DNA from: Candidatus Pacearchaeota archaeon
GTDB taxonomy: Archaea; Nanobdellota; Nanobdellia; Pacearchaeales; GW2011-AR1
Direction: 5' to 3'
Assembly (NCBI GenBank): GCA_016186365.1
Contig: JACPLT010000006.1
Coordinates: 12,049 to 76,048 of the forward strand
DNA length: 64,000 nt
In this document: piece after piece, positions 63,751-64,000 of the stretch
Layout: every line of letters starts with the position of its first letter
Numbering within the stretch: the first letter of the stretch is position 1
Translations under genes and position numbers: made by a program
Notes under the pieces: generated by a model
Seen by the model: only the letters and a program-made list of their open reading frames with translations
Databases searched by the model: none
What the model was told of the DNA's origin: nothing

Positions 63751-64000
63751 ATATAGTTTTCTTATAAAAAAAGGACTGAATCAACCGCTTCAGAATATTC
63801 CTTACCATATGAAAGCACCATTAAAAAGAATTCTCCTTCAAGATGACAAAACATTTCCGGATATAAAAACTATCTTGCCAGGCTCAAATTTTCATATAGC
63901 GGTTCATATTATCAGCAATCTTCCTAAAAAAGTTTCGCAGTATGTTAAGTCCCATTCGCATAATTGTGATGAAATAAACTTAATTTTAAGTGAAAGCGGG
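63740..64000 (+). CDS. hypothetical protein, 5' partial view (runs off window)
   Basis: ATG 63740 overlaps the upstream stop. The frame is open to the window end (87 codons). Confidence 0.4.
   Translation, partial: MKNKYSFLIKKGLNQPLQNIPYHMKAPLKRILLQDDKTFPDIKTILPGSNFHIAVHIISNLPKKVSQYVKSHSHNCDEINLILSESG

Noticed and set aside
1-64000. Possibility that the contig is bacterial (CPR), given bacterial-type LeuRS/AlaRS, DnaB and the OMP-like protein
   Set aside because: S17e, EndA, GatD/GatE, TFE-alpha, deoxyhypusine synthase, archaeal-type GlyRS/ProRS, BHB-type tRNA introns and TATA-box promoter spacing all argue for an archaeal host. The bacterial-type genes are better explained as transfers.

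Overview
This is an AT-rich archaeal chromosomal segment. Archaeal markers include GatD/GatE, tRNA-splicing endonuclease EndA, ribosomal protein S17e, TFE-alpha, deoxyhypusine synthase, an Nre-type protein, and two intron-bearing tRNAs with anticodon/intron pairing. Short proteins, trimmed aaRS genes and a fermentative core (2-oxoacid:ferredoxin oxidoreductase plus split ADP-forming acetyl-CoA synthetase) suggest a DPANN-like small genome; that placement is inference only. The window is dominated by translation genes: GlyRS, ProRS, AlaRS, LeuRS, GatB/D/E, EndA, CsaA, DHS and 4 tRNAs. It also carries transporters, wHTH/TrmB/Lrp regulators and three toxin-antitoxin modules (RelE-like, AbiEi/AbiEii, HepT/MNT). 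No rRNA, CRISPR array or recognisable transposase was seen. Four observations stand out. (1) A bacterial-type LeuRS carries an in-frame Nudix hydrolase domain inside the editing-domain region. (2) A stand-alone class I aaRS catalytic core (LysRS-I-like HIGH, exact KMSKS, Cys cluster) has no anticodon-binding domain. (3) A dense, modular family of intergenic hairpin / terminal-inverted-repeat (TIR) elements occurs at 10 or more loci, some with compensatory stem changes. (4) A DnaB-type helicase plus a ParB/Srx-like gene sits between gatD and gatB. All family assignments come from motif recognition by eye; no searches were run.
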